A stretch of DNA of 64,000 nt from Candidatus Poribacteria bacterium (GTDB taxonomy: Bacteria; Poribacteria; WGA-4E; WGA-3G): positions 465 to 64,464 of the forward strand of contig JAPOQK010000080.1 of NCBI GenBank assembly GCA_026710795.1, given 5' to 3'. Position numbers and translations under genes: made by a program. A model generated the notes under the pieces. The model worked only from the letters and a program-made list of their open reading frames with translations. It searched no databases and was not told the origin of the DNA. The first letter of the stretch is position 1; the number at the start of each line of letters is the position of its first letter. Below are positions 28,310-38,189 of this stretch, one piece after another.

Positions 28310-30646
28310 ATGTCATTCAGGATCTTATCTAAACTTGTTGTTATCCTCATACTATGCATCTCCATAACACATGTAACAGCGCAAGAGTCTCCTAACACCG
28401 ATTACTTCGACCACATCACCCTATTCTCAGACGGCAGAATCACACGATTCGCACAGATGCCGATTCGCGTGTTCATTTCATCTGTCATAAAAGAGAGTCC
28501 ATACCTACCAGAACTTCGCTACGCAATGCGTGAATGGGAGACTGCAACCGAACAACTGATCCAATTTCAGGAAATCGATACACCAGATAAAGCAGATATC
28601 AAAGTTAGTTGGGGATATAGTAGTCTGATGGATATACATGATACCCGTCTCGGAAGTGCACAGTTAAGACGGATACCTAACAGACAGGCAACAGATAAGG
28701 ATAACGAAGTAATAATCGAAGTAGAAATAATACTCATGCTGGAAGGCGATGATACCGTCACAGAACTATCCGAACTGGAAATGCGTACAGTCTGCCTACA
28801 CGAGTTCGGACATGCAATTGGATTATGGGGACACAGTCCACACCCAGGCGATATATGCTATCCTACTGCCACAGCACAGCATCCGTCTCTGCGAGATATA
28901 AACACCTTACGTAAACTCTATAATACACCGATTGGCACTCCTCAACACGACGAGGCAATCAAAGCATTAAAAACGGAGATTTTACAAGAACCCAGGGAAC
29001 ATTACCATCACTTTCTACTCGGTAATGTCCATTTTGACAAAGGTGATATGGAATCCGCCATTGATAGTTATCAAGATTGTATCCATATAAATGAACACTT
29101 CCAACCTGCCATTGAAAAACTATTGATGGCTTATGAAGCAATAGGGCAGTTATCTACGGCGATCAATCTGCTTGAACAAAGGATAAAAACCAAACCGAGA
29201 TCTGCCGATTACAACACACTCGGAATTCACTACTACAATAAAGGTGAAGTTGATATGGCGATAGATTCCTTTAAAAGTGCTGTTGCTCTCAACCCTTACC
29301 ACAAAGCATCAAAACATAACTTACACCAACTCTTCAGAGAAAAGGCACTCCGCTCGCTAAAAGCCGAGGACTTTGAAACAGCAACGAAGATGTTTGAGAA
29401 GATTATCCAACTCAACCCGATGGATTCAACGACATATATGTTGATGGGTGAGGGTTATGCTCGGGCTGGACATTACAAGAATGCCATTGATTACTATCAA
29501 AAAGCACTTAAGATAAATCCTGTTAGTAGAATAACCAAACGAGGACTCGCGCAATCATATAACAACTACGGAGTCACGCTCAGAAATAGTAAGAAATGGG
29601 ATGATGCTATCGCCGCTTACCATAAGGCATTGGAAATACATCCCGCTTTCCATATTGCCCGATCAAACTTGAGTGATGCTTTTTGGCAGAAAGCAAACAC
29701 CTTACGCAATAACGGACAAGTTGATGAAGCCATCAACGCTTATTTGGAATTGCAGAAACTTCAACCAAAGGACACACAAATCTCCAGTTTACTTGGTGAG
29801 TTGTATCTCAAAAAACGGAATTATGCCGCTGCTGTCACTGAATTTCATAAAGTCTATTTGTCAAAACCTGATGATCCTCAAGCACGCCATAACCTGATTG
29901 CAGCATATCATCAATCAGCACAACATCTGATTGATCGGAAAGATTTCGGTTCCGCTATTGAACTCCTTCAGAAAGCAGTGATCATTGCCCCTACCGAAAC
30001 CAATATTCGTTTGAGTTTAGCACATGCATATCAAAGCATTGGTGAATATGAAAGTGCCCAAACAGAACTTAATCATGTCATTAAAAGCGATCCACACAAC
30101 CAGCAAGCAAATACCGAGCAAATAAACCTCTATATTCGTCTTGGAAATGCGTTTGTGCAGCAGAAGAATTATCCTGCCGCACTTGCACAGTTCCAAGCAA
30201 TCCCTGAAACTGAAAGAGATGTCGTCATAAACAATATAATAGGTTACCTCTATCTCGTTCAAGGGAGATATACTGAGGCATTGACTGCCTTTGATAAGGT
30301 AATTTCCCAAGATCCATACAATAGACCAACCTATCAAAATCTCATTTCGCTTGAAGCTCAAGTGGCAAACCGAATCTTTGGACGCAATAAAACTGATATA
30401 CTCATACGGACGCGATGCATACTCGCTATCTGCTTGTTAAACCAGAACAAATTTGACGCTGCACTTACAAAATACCAACAAGCAAAAGATAGCAAATCAG
30501 AAAAACATCAAGAACTTTTATATAATACTGGAACAAAATTACTGAGTAGATTTGAAGCACAGAAGGATTTGGAGAAAAGTGCTACGATACGTCAATGGAT
30601 TGGAGAACTAAACTACAACCCCAACAAGGTACTTGATGACCGTTAG
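28310..30646 (+). CDS. secreted zincin (matrixin-like HExxHxxGxxH) metalloprotease domain fused to ~500 aa of TPR repeats
   Basis: Start at MSFRIL with signal peptide (ORF-track start 28253). VCLHEFGHAIGLWGHSPH zinc motif; many TPR units (AIDSYQDCIHINEHF..., AIDYYQKALKINP..., AIAAYHKALEIHP...). Confidence 0.75.
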   Translation: MSFRILSKLVVILILCISITHVTAQESPNTDYFDHITLFSDGRITRFAQMPIRVFISSVIKESPYLPELRYAMREWETATEQLIQFQEIDTPDKADIKVSWGYSSLMDIHDTRLGSAQLRRIPNRQATDKDNEVIIEVEIILMLEGDDTVTELSELEMRTVCLHEFGHAIGLWGHSPHPGDICYPTATAQHPSLRDINTLRKLYNTPIGTPQHDEAIKALKTEILQEPREHYHHFLLGNVHFDKGDMESAIDSYQDCIHINEHFQPAIEKLLMAYEAIGQLSTAINLLEQRIKTKPRSADYNTLGIHYYNKGEVDMAIDSFKSAVALNPYHKASKHNLHQLFREKALRSLKAEDFETATKMFEKIIQLNPMDSTTYMLMGEGYARAGHYKNAIDYYQKALKINPVSRITKRGLAQSYNNYGVTLRNSKKWDDAIAAYHKALEIHPAFHIARSNLSDAFWQKANTLRNNGQVDEAINAYLELQKLQPKDTQISSLLGELYLKKRNYAAAVTEFHKVYLSKPDDPQARHNLIAAYHQSAQHLIDRKDFGSAIELLQKAVIIAPTETNIRLSLAHAYQSIGEYESAQTELNHVIKSDPHNQQANTEQINLYIRLGNAFVQQKNYPAALAQFQAIPETERDVVINNIIGYLYLVQGRYTEALTAFDKVISQDPYNRPTYQNLISLEAQVANRIFGRNKTDILIRTRCILAICLLNQNKFDAALTKYQQAKDSKSEKHQELLYNTGTKLLSRFEAQKDLEKSATIRQWIGELNYNPNKVLDDR

Positions 30647-30708
30647 AATAATGTTCGCTGAGCATATTCGGTACATACAATAGGCGGCATCTTGCGTAAT
30701 AATTGCAA

Positions 30709-30737
30709 TAAAAAAGGTCGGGTAATCAAACCCGACC
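30709..30737 (-). terminator. terminator for the minus-strand gene 30757-31305, between convergent genes
   Basis: A-run then GGTCGGGT-aatcaa-ACCCGACC on the plus strand, so the minus strand reads hairpin followed by a U-tract. Confidence 0.55.
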
Positions 30738-30756
30738 TAATCGTTATGTCACAATC

Positions 30757-31305
30757 TTATTGAGAAGGACGTTGTCCTCTCTGTCCACCTTGACCGCGTT
30801 GTCCACCTTCACCACCACCACGGAATCTATTACTACGCTCTTGCTCCTGTAATTGACGTTCTTTCGTCAATTCGTTCAGTTTCGTCATCTGCTCTTCAGA
30901 TAAAACCTTTTTCAGTTCTGCCTGAAATTCTTTTCCTGCGCTTCCAATAAGTGCTCGCATCTCTTGCATACCTGTACGCATATCACCGGATTCACGAATT
31001 TCTTTTATCTTCGTTTCGAATTTATCACGAGTTGCCTGATAGACAGGACGCGCTTTCACGAGGGTATCATCGTCTACCTTAACCTTAAATGTTAGATCTA
31101 ACCATGAATTATCAACTATAGATGTAGCATTAAAAGATCTCATCATATCCATACCGCGATTCCCACCTTGACGATTCCCACGCTGACCCTGTCCGGGTTG
31201 TGCATCCCTATCGGGACGTTGCGCTGACGTTACATGTTCAAATACAAAAAGACCGGATACTACCATAAGTGCAATTGCCCCGAGGGCTACAATTTTACGT
31301 TTCAT
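30757..31305 (-). CDS. periplasmic low-complexity protein with LTxxQ-like motif (possible Spy/CpxP-like)
   Basis: 182 aa; signal peptide MKRKIVALGAIALMVVSGLFVF; Gly/Gln/Arg-rich N- and C-terminal tracts (GQGQRGNRQGGNRG ... GGGEGGQRGQGGQRGQ); LSEEQMTKLNELTKERQ. Confidence 0.45.
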   Translation of the reverse strand: MKRKIVALGAIALMVVSGLFVFEHVTSAQRPDRDAQPGQGQRGNRQGGNRGMDMMRSFNATSIVDNSWLDLTFKVKVDDDTLVKARPVYQATRDKFETKIKEIRESGDMRTGMQEMRALIGSAGKEFQAELKKVLSEEQMTKLNELTKERQLQEQERSNRFRGGGEGGQRGQGGQRGQRPSQ

Positions 31306-31560
31306 CTGTGTCTCCTTAGTGGAACCTGAACCCTTGATTTATGTCAAGACTATCGTTCCAAATATAGTAATTGTGTTATCACTCTACTGGATAGCAAAAT
31401 GTCGTTGCTGAGAGAGTGTTTCATAATCGTTTCGTTTGTTTAGTCAAGTCTATTCAAAAAATGTTCGTTTTAATTCTGACCTACCACAACCAATTCTTTT
31501 TATCGTCTGTCTATGTAGATTAAACCACAATTTGATACCATCTAACATTTAATGTTATAA

Positions 31561-32493
31561 TTGAGAAAAAGGAAGGACATGATGGACTGGAAAGACGCAC
31601 TCTCTGCAATTGTTACTAACACCAAAACACGACTCAGATATGGAGAACCTCTCTCAAAACACACACACTTCGGCATCGGTGGAGAAGCAACAGCATACAT
31701 AGAAGTCAGCACAATAGACGACTTAGCAGCATTAGCACATTTTCACCGCAAATGGGATGTTCCCGTTGCAGTTATAGGTAGAGGGTCAAATCTGTTAGTG
31801 AGTGATCAAGGTTTTAATGGTGTCGTCGTCAGGTTAATCGGAGAATTAGCAGCATTAGATGTGGATGGGGACATTGTTGCCGTTGGTGCTGGACTTTCAC
31901 TGCCACGGTTATCCAAAGTGATGTCAAAAAGCGGGTTAAGCGGTGTAGAATTTGCGCTCGGAATCCCCGGTGCTGTTGGCGGTGCGCTTATTATGAATGC
32001 AGGCGCATGGGGGAGTAGTTTCGGAGATGTCGTAACAGATGTCACTGTTATGGATGATATGGGTGAACTCGTCCAGTTAACGCACGACGAAGCACACTTT
32101 GAATATAGACATAGCGGACTGGATACCTATTTCTGCGTTGTAGGTGCAACCCTCAAACTACAACATGGGGATGTTGGCACGATTACAACATTGATGAATG
32201 GTTTATTCAAACAAAAAACTCTAACACAACCTTTTGTGGAAGAGAATGCGGGGTGTATGTTCAAAAATCCACCGGACGATTCCGCAGGACGTCTAATAGA
32301 TGTCTGTGGTCTAAAAGGACATCGTATTGGCGGCGCAGAGGTATCTACAGTTCACGGTAATTTTATTCTCAATCTTGATAACGCAACTGCATCAGATGTA
32401 TTAGAGTTAGTCGCATACATTCAAGAGCATGTGCGAGAAAAAACTGGTATTTCTCTACAAACAGAGGTCAAACGTTTGGGGTTTGACGAGTAA
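31561..32493 (+). CDS. murB: UDP-N-acetylenolpyruvoylglucosamine reductase
   Basis: 310 aa; FAD-binding GIGGEA...VIGRGSNLL and C-terminal MurB fold motifs; start could be at M7/M8. Confidence 0.85.
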   Translation: MRKRKDMMDWKDALSAIVTNTKTRLRYGEPLSKHTHFGIGGEATAYIEVSTIDDLAALAHFHRKWDVPVAVIGRGSNLLVSDQGFNGVVVRLIGELAALDVDGDIVAVGAGLSLPRLSKVMSKSGLSGVEFALGIPGAVGGALIMNAGAWGSSFGDVVTDVTVMDDMGELVQLTHDEAHFEYRHSGLDTYFCVVGATLKLQHGDVGTITTLMNGLFKQKTLTQPFVEENAGCMFKNPPDDSAGRLIDVCGLKGHRIGGAEVSTVHGNFILNLDNATASDVLELVAYIQEHVREKTGISLQTEVKRLGFDE

Positions 32494-32532
32494 ATTATCT
32501 TGTATCATTATCCGAATGGGTTGAAACAAAAA

Positions 32533-33324
32533 CTAATAAACTGTTTTCAATTTTCCCCAAGTTGTTGTTAATTTGTTGGTAGGTTCAACTGCTAAGAACC
32601 CAGTTGCTCTTTCAAGTCCATCTTCCATAACGGTTTTTATAGCGTCTTGAGAAAGAGGCACATTAAACAGCGCGACTTCATCAAGCAAACCCTCGCACTG
32701 ATGTCCACCATTTGACCCATCCCCAATCCGCATCCGTGCGGGATTAGCATCAAGACTCGGTTTAACATAACCTGCTTTACCAACTTCTACACCATCAGTA
32801 TAAATAATTAGTCCTTCATCTTTTGCCCAAACTCCAGCCAAGTGATGCCAATCACCGTCGGTGAGAACAGGACCGCCTTTTGTGCCTCCCCATGCACCTG
32901 CTGCGCCTTTGGTGATACTCAATTGAAGCGTTTGTGTGTCCTTATCTACAGCTAATAGATAGTTGCGAGGATTCTGTCCACGCATCATGATAGACTGCCA
33001 ACGCGTTCCCTGTGAGGGTTTTAGGTTTGCCCAAGCAACAATTGTTAGTTCTTCAAGTATAATACTATCGTTTGCTGCTACTTCCACATAGACACTGCTG
33101 CCATCAAACTCCAACGCTTTCCCGAACATGCCATCTTGCCACTTCTTTGGACCTGCGATAGTACCATCATTTCCTGCATCGGAACTATCCTTTGCAACAT
33201 TCCCTGAACCTTCCTCAAAAAGCCACATACCAGCAACGGTTGCTTGATCAATTTTCCCGAACGCATACGGACTTACAAGTAGCATTATGATTGCTAAAAT
33301 GCTGGCAATAATATTCGTCTTCAC
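32533..33324 (-). CDS. secreted LamG-like (concanavalin A-like lectin/glucanase) domain protein
   Basis: Start moved to GTG 33324 (GGAGG RBS), giving signal peptide KTNIIASILAIIMLLVSPYAFG. LamG hallmarks LEFDGSSVYVEV....TIVAWANLKP....GLLDEVALFNVPLSQDAI. Confidence 0.65.
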   Translation of the reverse strand: MKTNIIASILAIIMLLVSPYAFGKIDQATVAGMWLFEEGSGNVAKDSSDAGNDGTIAGPKKWQDGMFGKALEFDGSSVYVEVAANDSIILEELTIVAWANLKPSQGTRWQSIMMRGQNPRNYLLAVDKDTQTLQLSITKGAAGAWGGTKGGPVLTDGDWHHLAGVWAKDEGLIIYTDGVEVGKAGYVKPSLDANPARMRIGDGSNGGHQCEGLLDEVALFNVPLSQDAIKTVMEDGLERATGFLAVEPTNKLTTTWGKLKTVY

Positions 33325-33517
33325 TTGAATACCTCCTGCGTGTAACTTATCATGTATGATTACAATAATACCAGTTCCTGTGCGTATTATCAACTGCATA
33401 ACCTATTACACTAACTCAAGTTGCTACAATGTTTTCGAGAGAAATGCCCTTTTTTATTAAAACAGTATCCGCATGTCTAATATTTTGTAGGTAGTAACTT
33501 GGGTTACACTATAAAAT

Positions 33518-34720
33518 CTAAGGACGAATCACCGTGCCGTCCATACGTCGGACTGGTGCCCAACCACCGTTGAGAGGATGTTCTGGAAATGGGAACCGTG
33601 CTGCAAGTTCCTCATTTATATCAATGCCGAGTCCTGGTTGCTCATTTGCCCAAAAACATCCGTCTCTAATTTCCGGACATCCTGGAAATACCTCTTTTGT
33701 ATTTTCTCCAAATACATGCTGTTCCTGAATTCCGAAGTTATAACAAGCTAAATCTAATGCTACGTTTGCTGCATGCCCAACAGGTGATACATCACCGGGA
33801 CCGTGCCATGCTGTGCGGACACCAAAGAATTCACAAAACGCAGCGAGTTTACGAGCTGGACTGATACCACCAATCTGTGAAATATGCACCCGAATGAAAT
33901 CAATAAGACGGTCTTTGATTAGATGGACGTATTCATTCGGGTTGTTAAACAGTTCACCCATTGCAATTGGAATGCTTGTTTGTTGACGCATCAGTTGAAA
34001 ATAGTCTACATCTTCTGGAGCAAAAGGATCTTCAAGAAAAAATAGGTTGTACGGTTCTAAACCTTTTGCCAGATTAATTGCTTGAATAGGAGGAATCCGT
34101 TCATGCACATCGTGCAGAAGCTCAACTTCGTCCCCTAACTTTGTCCGTAGATGATCGAAAAGTTTGATAACAGTATTGACATAAGGTGTCGGTTCAAAGG
34201 CAGGAGAACTTCGCTTTCCACCACCCGCGCCATAAGTTGTATAGCCGGGAATTGCAACTTGTGCGCGTACATAACGATACCCTTGTTCCATATATCGTCT
34301 AACACTGTTTTCTACATCCTCAAAACTTCCACCGCCTGCATGTGCGTAAAGTGTTGCTGCATCACGACATTTACCACCGAGCAATTGATAGACAGGCATA
34401 TTCGCTCGTTTACCCATAATGTCCCATAATGCAATGTCTACTCCGCTGAGAGCATTGTTCAGCACAGGTCCATTTCGCCAATACGAACTAACAAAACTTG
34501 TCTGGAAAATGTCCTCTATGTTAGTGGGATCTTTCCCAATCAGAAAAGGTTTAAGGTATTCATCAACTGCAGTGGCAACTGCCAATGGACGTTGCGTAAA
34601 CGTAGCACAACCGATCCCGTATAGACCGGGTTCACTCGTTTCAATCTTTACAACGACGAGTCGGATACCATTTGGAGCCGTTAGGATAGTTTTGACATCT
34701 GTTATTTTCAAAGTGGACAT
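33518..34720 (-). CDS. enolase-superfamily dehydratase (mandelate racemase/muconate lactonizing enzyme family, D-galactonate/mannonate dehydratase-like)
   Basis: 400 aa; ITDVKTILTAP...VVVKIETSEPGLYGIGCAT N-terminal capping domain and barrel-domain metal ligands. Confidence 0.8.
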   Translation of the reverse strand: MSTLKITDVKTILTAPNGIRLVVVKIETSEPGLYGIGCATFTQRPLAVATAVDEYLKPFLIGKDPTNIEDIFQTSFVSSYWRNGPVLNNALSGVDIALWDIMGKRANMPVYQLLGGKCRDAATLYAHAGGGSFEDVENSVRRYMEQGYRYVRAQVAIPGYTTYGAGGGKRSSPAFEPTPYVNTVIKLFDHLRTKLGDEVELLHDVHERIPPIQAINLAKGLEPYNLFFLEDPFAPEDVDYFQLMRQQTSIPIAMGELFNNPNEYVHLIKDRLIDFIRVHISQIGGISPARKLAAFCEFFGVRTAWHGPGDVSPVGHAANVALDLACYNFGIQEQHVFGENTKEVFPGCPEIRDGCFWANEQPGLGIDINEELAARFPFPEHPLNGGWAPVRRMDGTVIRP

Positions 34721-35085
34721 TCTCCCATTATCTGAATTGTGAAGGCATAGTCAGTGGCATTCTAACACTAATACTGATTGAATTTACCAAACTGTACTTG
34801 ACTTGTCAAGCAAAACCTGTGAAATCAACCTGATTATACCAAAACCCTTCAGTGTCTACTGTGTCCTCTATGCTTTCTGCGATCCAGACTACGCAAAGTA
34901 GCAGGCACGCTCCGCGTGCCATCCGCATACTTGTCAGAATCACAGCAAACACGTGCCTATAACTTTACACACTCCCACCATAAAATCAGTTGAATTCGCG
35001 GATAATATCTTGTATAATATCACTGAACTAATACATACCAAATCTCACATAAAAGATATAAACACAGAACTCGGAGGTTTCCAAC

Positions 35086-35784
35086 ATGTTTTTTGGTTTG
35101 TTTGACCCAATCTATTTCGTATTTCTTGCACCTGGACTTGCCCTGTCTCTGTATGCAACATGGAAGACAAAATCTACATTCGCAAAATATTCAAAAATCG
35201 GTTCGCAAAAGCGGTTGACAGGTGCACAGGCAGCAGCACTCATGTTGCAAAGAAATGGGATTGACGGAGTCAAAATTGAACATACAGGTGGATGGTTAAG
35301 TGACCACTACGATCCACGCAAAAAAGTATTACGGTTGTCCAATGATGTATATTCAAGTCATTCACTTTCTGCGATAGGAGTTGCATGTCATGAAGCAGGA
35401 CACGCTATGCAGGATGCCCACGGTTACGCAATGTTAAGCCTTCGAAGTGCGCTTGTGCCAGCGACTAACTTTAGTTCAGTTTTCTCGTATATTGTGATGA
35501 TAGCTGGATTCCTTCTCCAGATGGAAGGTTTAATATTGTTAGGTGTAATTCTATTTTCTGTAGGTGTGGTGTTTTCATTGGTAACACTTCCTGTGGAATG
35601 GGATGCGAGTCGTCGTGCTAAAGTTGCGATGGCAGAAGTAGGTATGCTTTCACCCGATGAAAACCGTCATGCGAGCAAAGTGCTTAACGCAGCATTTTTA
35701 ACCTATCTGGCTGCAGCAATAACAAGTTTATTGATGCTTCTCTACTATTTGTTCCGATTGGGACTTTTGGGTGGGGATGAGTAA
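35086..35784 (+). CDS. membrane zinc metallopeptidase (YugP-like, Zn_peptidase_2 family)
   Basis: 232 aa; HEAGHAMQD HExxH motif between TM helices. Confidence 0.65.
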   Translation: MFFGLFDPIYFVFLAPGLALSLYATWKTKSTFAKYSKIGSQKRLTGAQAAALMLQRNGIDGVKIEHTGGWLSDHYDPRKKVLRLSNDVYSSHSLSAIGVACHEAGHAMQDAHGYAMLSLRSALVPATNFSSVFSYIVMIAGFLLQMEGLILLGVILFSVGVVFSLVTLPVEWDASRRAKVAMAEVGMLSPDENRHASKVLNAAFLTYLAAAITSLLMLLYYLFRLGLLGGDE

Positions 35785-35836
35785 AATGATGTAGATGGCG
35801 CGGCGATGAACCGCGCACGTTTAGGATGATAGCGAA

Positions 35837-36265
35837 TTACTCTTTGCTTTCAATTTCTACACCGGGCCACTGATCGTTCCGTTCAGTAATATCAACGGTA
35901 ATCCCATCTGGGTCTTCAACTTTAAAAGCTTCAGATGGTAACTCGTTAGAATTCGGATCGTAAGGTTTAGTGCCATCCAAACCTTCCCATGTAATTTCAA
36001 AACCGAGTTTCTCACAACGTTGCGCTGCTTCGCGTAGATCTGGAACTCGGACTCCTATGTGGAGGTAATCTAACATTCCACTGATATGCTTGGGACGGTC
36101 AGGACCATTATGCTGAAACACACGAAAATTGTGATAACCGTCTGTTAGGTCATAGCATCCGTTCATTGTTGAGGCAACACTCAAACCGAGTGCATCTCTC
36201 CAGAAACGGATACTTTTTTCTAAATTTGTTGTACGGACACCGATGTGTACAAGTGTTGTTGACAT
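35837..36265 (-). CDS. VOC family protein (glyoxalase/bleomycin-resistance/dioxygenase fold)
   Basis: Start moved to MSTTLVHIGVRTTNLEKSIRFWRDALGL (AGGAG RBS), which removes the overlap with the next gene. Confidence 0.7.
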   Translation of the reverse strand: MSTTLVHIGVRTTNLEKSIRFWRDALGLSVASTMNGCYDLTDGYHNFRVFQHNGPDRPKHISGMLDYLHIGVRVPDLREAAQRCEKLGFEITWEGLDGTKPYDPNSNELPSEAFKVEDPDGITVDITERNDQWPGVEIESKE

Positions 36266-36311
36266 AAGAATTCTCCTTTTTGTTAGGGCACATAGAATGT
36301 GCGTACTACAT

Positions 36312-37118
36312 CTAAACCCACACAGATGGTTCTCTGTCTTCTGCGCGGTGTTCAAAAAGCAGTTTCACATCATCAGGGAACTGATCGAATGTTTCTCCGG
36401 GAATCGTAGCAGTATTGACACCGAAAAGTTCCAAATTCAACCACCATGGTGCATATCTGACAACAACCGCGGTTCGACGACCATCACTTGGATTTTCTGC
36501 GTTGGAATGCCAAATTCGGCTGTCCATGATAAGTACACTACCAGCACTACCGGTGGCTTGCATTTCACCTGACAGTGGGTTGCGGTCTCCGATGCCATCC
36601 TCTTTACCTCTGGGATTTCTAAGGTCAACATGGGATTTCGGTACAATCCAAGTGCCACCGTTTTCAGTCGTAAAATCGGTTAGCATCCAGAGGGTTGTGA
36701 TACCAATTATAGCAGTTGGAAACGGTTGGGTGATATGCCATTTCTGGTTCAAGTCATACGGAAAATCGGAGTGGTAGGCACGCACCAATTTATAATGTGG
36801 TGGACGTGTCTTGTACTCTGTTTGTGATATACGTACCTGCGGTCCTAATAATTCACGAAGAACTGCAAGGAGTCGTTCATTTGCGAGATGTTCAGCAAAG
36901 CGTGGCATAAAACTTATGACATTACGCGTCCATCTGCCATTGTCTTTGCTAAATTGACTATAATCAGCTTCTGAGGTTTCAACCTCTTCACGGACAGAAT
37001 CGACGATGTCTGTGGGGATAACATTCTCAAGCACACACCAACCTTCTTCGCGTAACTGCGTCACATAAGGGTTGATGGTATCTACTAAATTCTCTGTAGT
37101 CATTCTGTTCTCCTTCAA
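36312..37118 (-). CDS. phytanoyl-CoA dioxygenase (PhyH) family protein, paralog 3
   Basis: 268 aa; WIVPKSH....IMDSRIWHSNAENPSDGRRTAVVVRY, PhyH C-terminal signature. Confidence 0.75.
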   Translation of the reverse strand: MKENRMTTENLVDTINPYVTQLREEGWCVLENVIPTDIVDSVREEVETSEADYSQFSKDNGRWTRNVISFMPRFAEHLANERLLAVLRELLGPQVRISQTEYKTRPPHYKLVRAYHSDFPYDLNQKWHITQPFPTAIIGITTLWMLTDFTTENGGTWIVPKSHVDLRNPRGKEDGIGDRNPLSGEMQATGSAGSVLIMDSRIWHSNAENPSDGRRTAVVVRYAPWWLNLELFGVNTATIPGETFDQFPDDVKLLFEHRAEDREPSVWV

Positions 37119-37163
37119 AATATGAATTAGAAAGGATTATCAGTTTATTTTACTGTAAAAGGA

Positions 37164-37547
37164 TTAACTACGTTCCTTGTTATGACGAATTGCTACCTTT
37201 ATAAGCGGTGTTAGCCGCATTATTTTACCCAGTGAACCGTTGATTCCAATCTCATGTGTTGCTATAGCACCCATAACATTGAGTTCACCTTTCCAAAATT
37301 TATGTGCGACATCTCCCGTCATCGTAAGTTCTACGTCGGGAGTAACATCAACACACGGTTCTGAGGAAATAGTATATTCGCCATTTGCTACTGTTAGTGT
37401 CATCACACAGTCTGGCATGGTATAATTAAATCTAACACATAACGAAAGTGTCTCAAGTGCCTCTTGTGCTTCAGGTAATGTTGCAATTTCTTCAAATAGT
37501 TCACTAATGTAACTATGAAGTTGTTGTGATGTTTCAAATATAGCCAT
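37164..37547 (-). CDS. SCP2 sterol/lipid-carrier domain protein
   Basis: 127 aa; ELTMTGDVAHKFWKGELNVMGAIATHEIGINGSLGKIMRL matches the SCP2 C-terminal consensus. Confidence 0.6.
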   Translation of the reverse strand: MAIFETSQQLHSYISELFEEIATLPEAQEALETLSLCVRFNYTMPDCVMTLTVANGEYTISSEPCVDVTPDVELTMTGDVAHKFWKGELNVMGAIATHEIGINGSLGKIMRLTPLIKVAIRHNKERS

Positions 37548-37595
37548 AGTTTGCTGTATAGCATAACTTATATTTTATAGAAGGTCAAATTAAAA

Positions 37596-38189
37596 ATGAT
37601 TAAGAACCCATTCCACATTTACGGTAAAGACTCTGAGGAAGATCTGAATTCTGACCAGAAGGATCAAGTTATGAAAGTTGTCCGAGATTTTTATGGGACG
37701 GATAATCTCCGCTATAAATTACCTATTGGATATATAGACATAATTCAAACACATAACCATATATCTCATATATTCTTTAACGATAATTCCACACTTTATC
37801 AACCACCATCAGTTTCTACAACAGAATTGCTAAAGCTTACAAAAGATATGTTGGATCGGTATTTTAATGGGAAGTCGGTGGATTTTCGAGAGATTCCAGT
37901 TAAAATAGAAAGCGGTACAGACTTTCAAAATCAGGTTTGGGACGTAATTCATCAGATTCCGTATGGTAAGGTACGCAGTTACAAATGGATAGCAGAACAA
38001 ATTAATAGACCGAAGGCTGTCCGTGCAGTTGGAAATGCCACTGGCAGCAATCCGATTACAATCATAATTCCCTGCCATCGTGTAATTGGGAGCAATGGTA
38101 ATTTAGGTGGTTATGGCGGGGGTCTTGAACGAAAACGCCATTTCCTAACGCTTGAAGGATATCCAGTTGAGGTGATGAGTGAAAAATAA
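37596..38189 (+). CDS. ogt: methylated-DNA--protein-cysteine methyltransferase
   Basis: IPYGKVRSYKWIAEQINRPKAVRAVGNATGSNPITIIIPCHRVIGSNGNLGGYGGGLERKRHFLTLEG includes the PCHRV active site. Confidence 0.85.
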   Translation: MIKNPFHIYGKDSEEDLNSDQKDQVMKVVRDFYGTDNLRYKLPIGYIDIIQTHNHISHIFFNDNSTLYQPPSVSTTELLKLTKDMLDRYFNGKSVDFREIPVKIESGTDFQNQVWDVIHQIPYGKVRSYKWIAEQINRPKAVRAVGNATGSNPITIIIPCHRVIGSNGNLGGYGGGLERKRHFLTLEGYPVEVMSEK

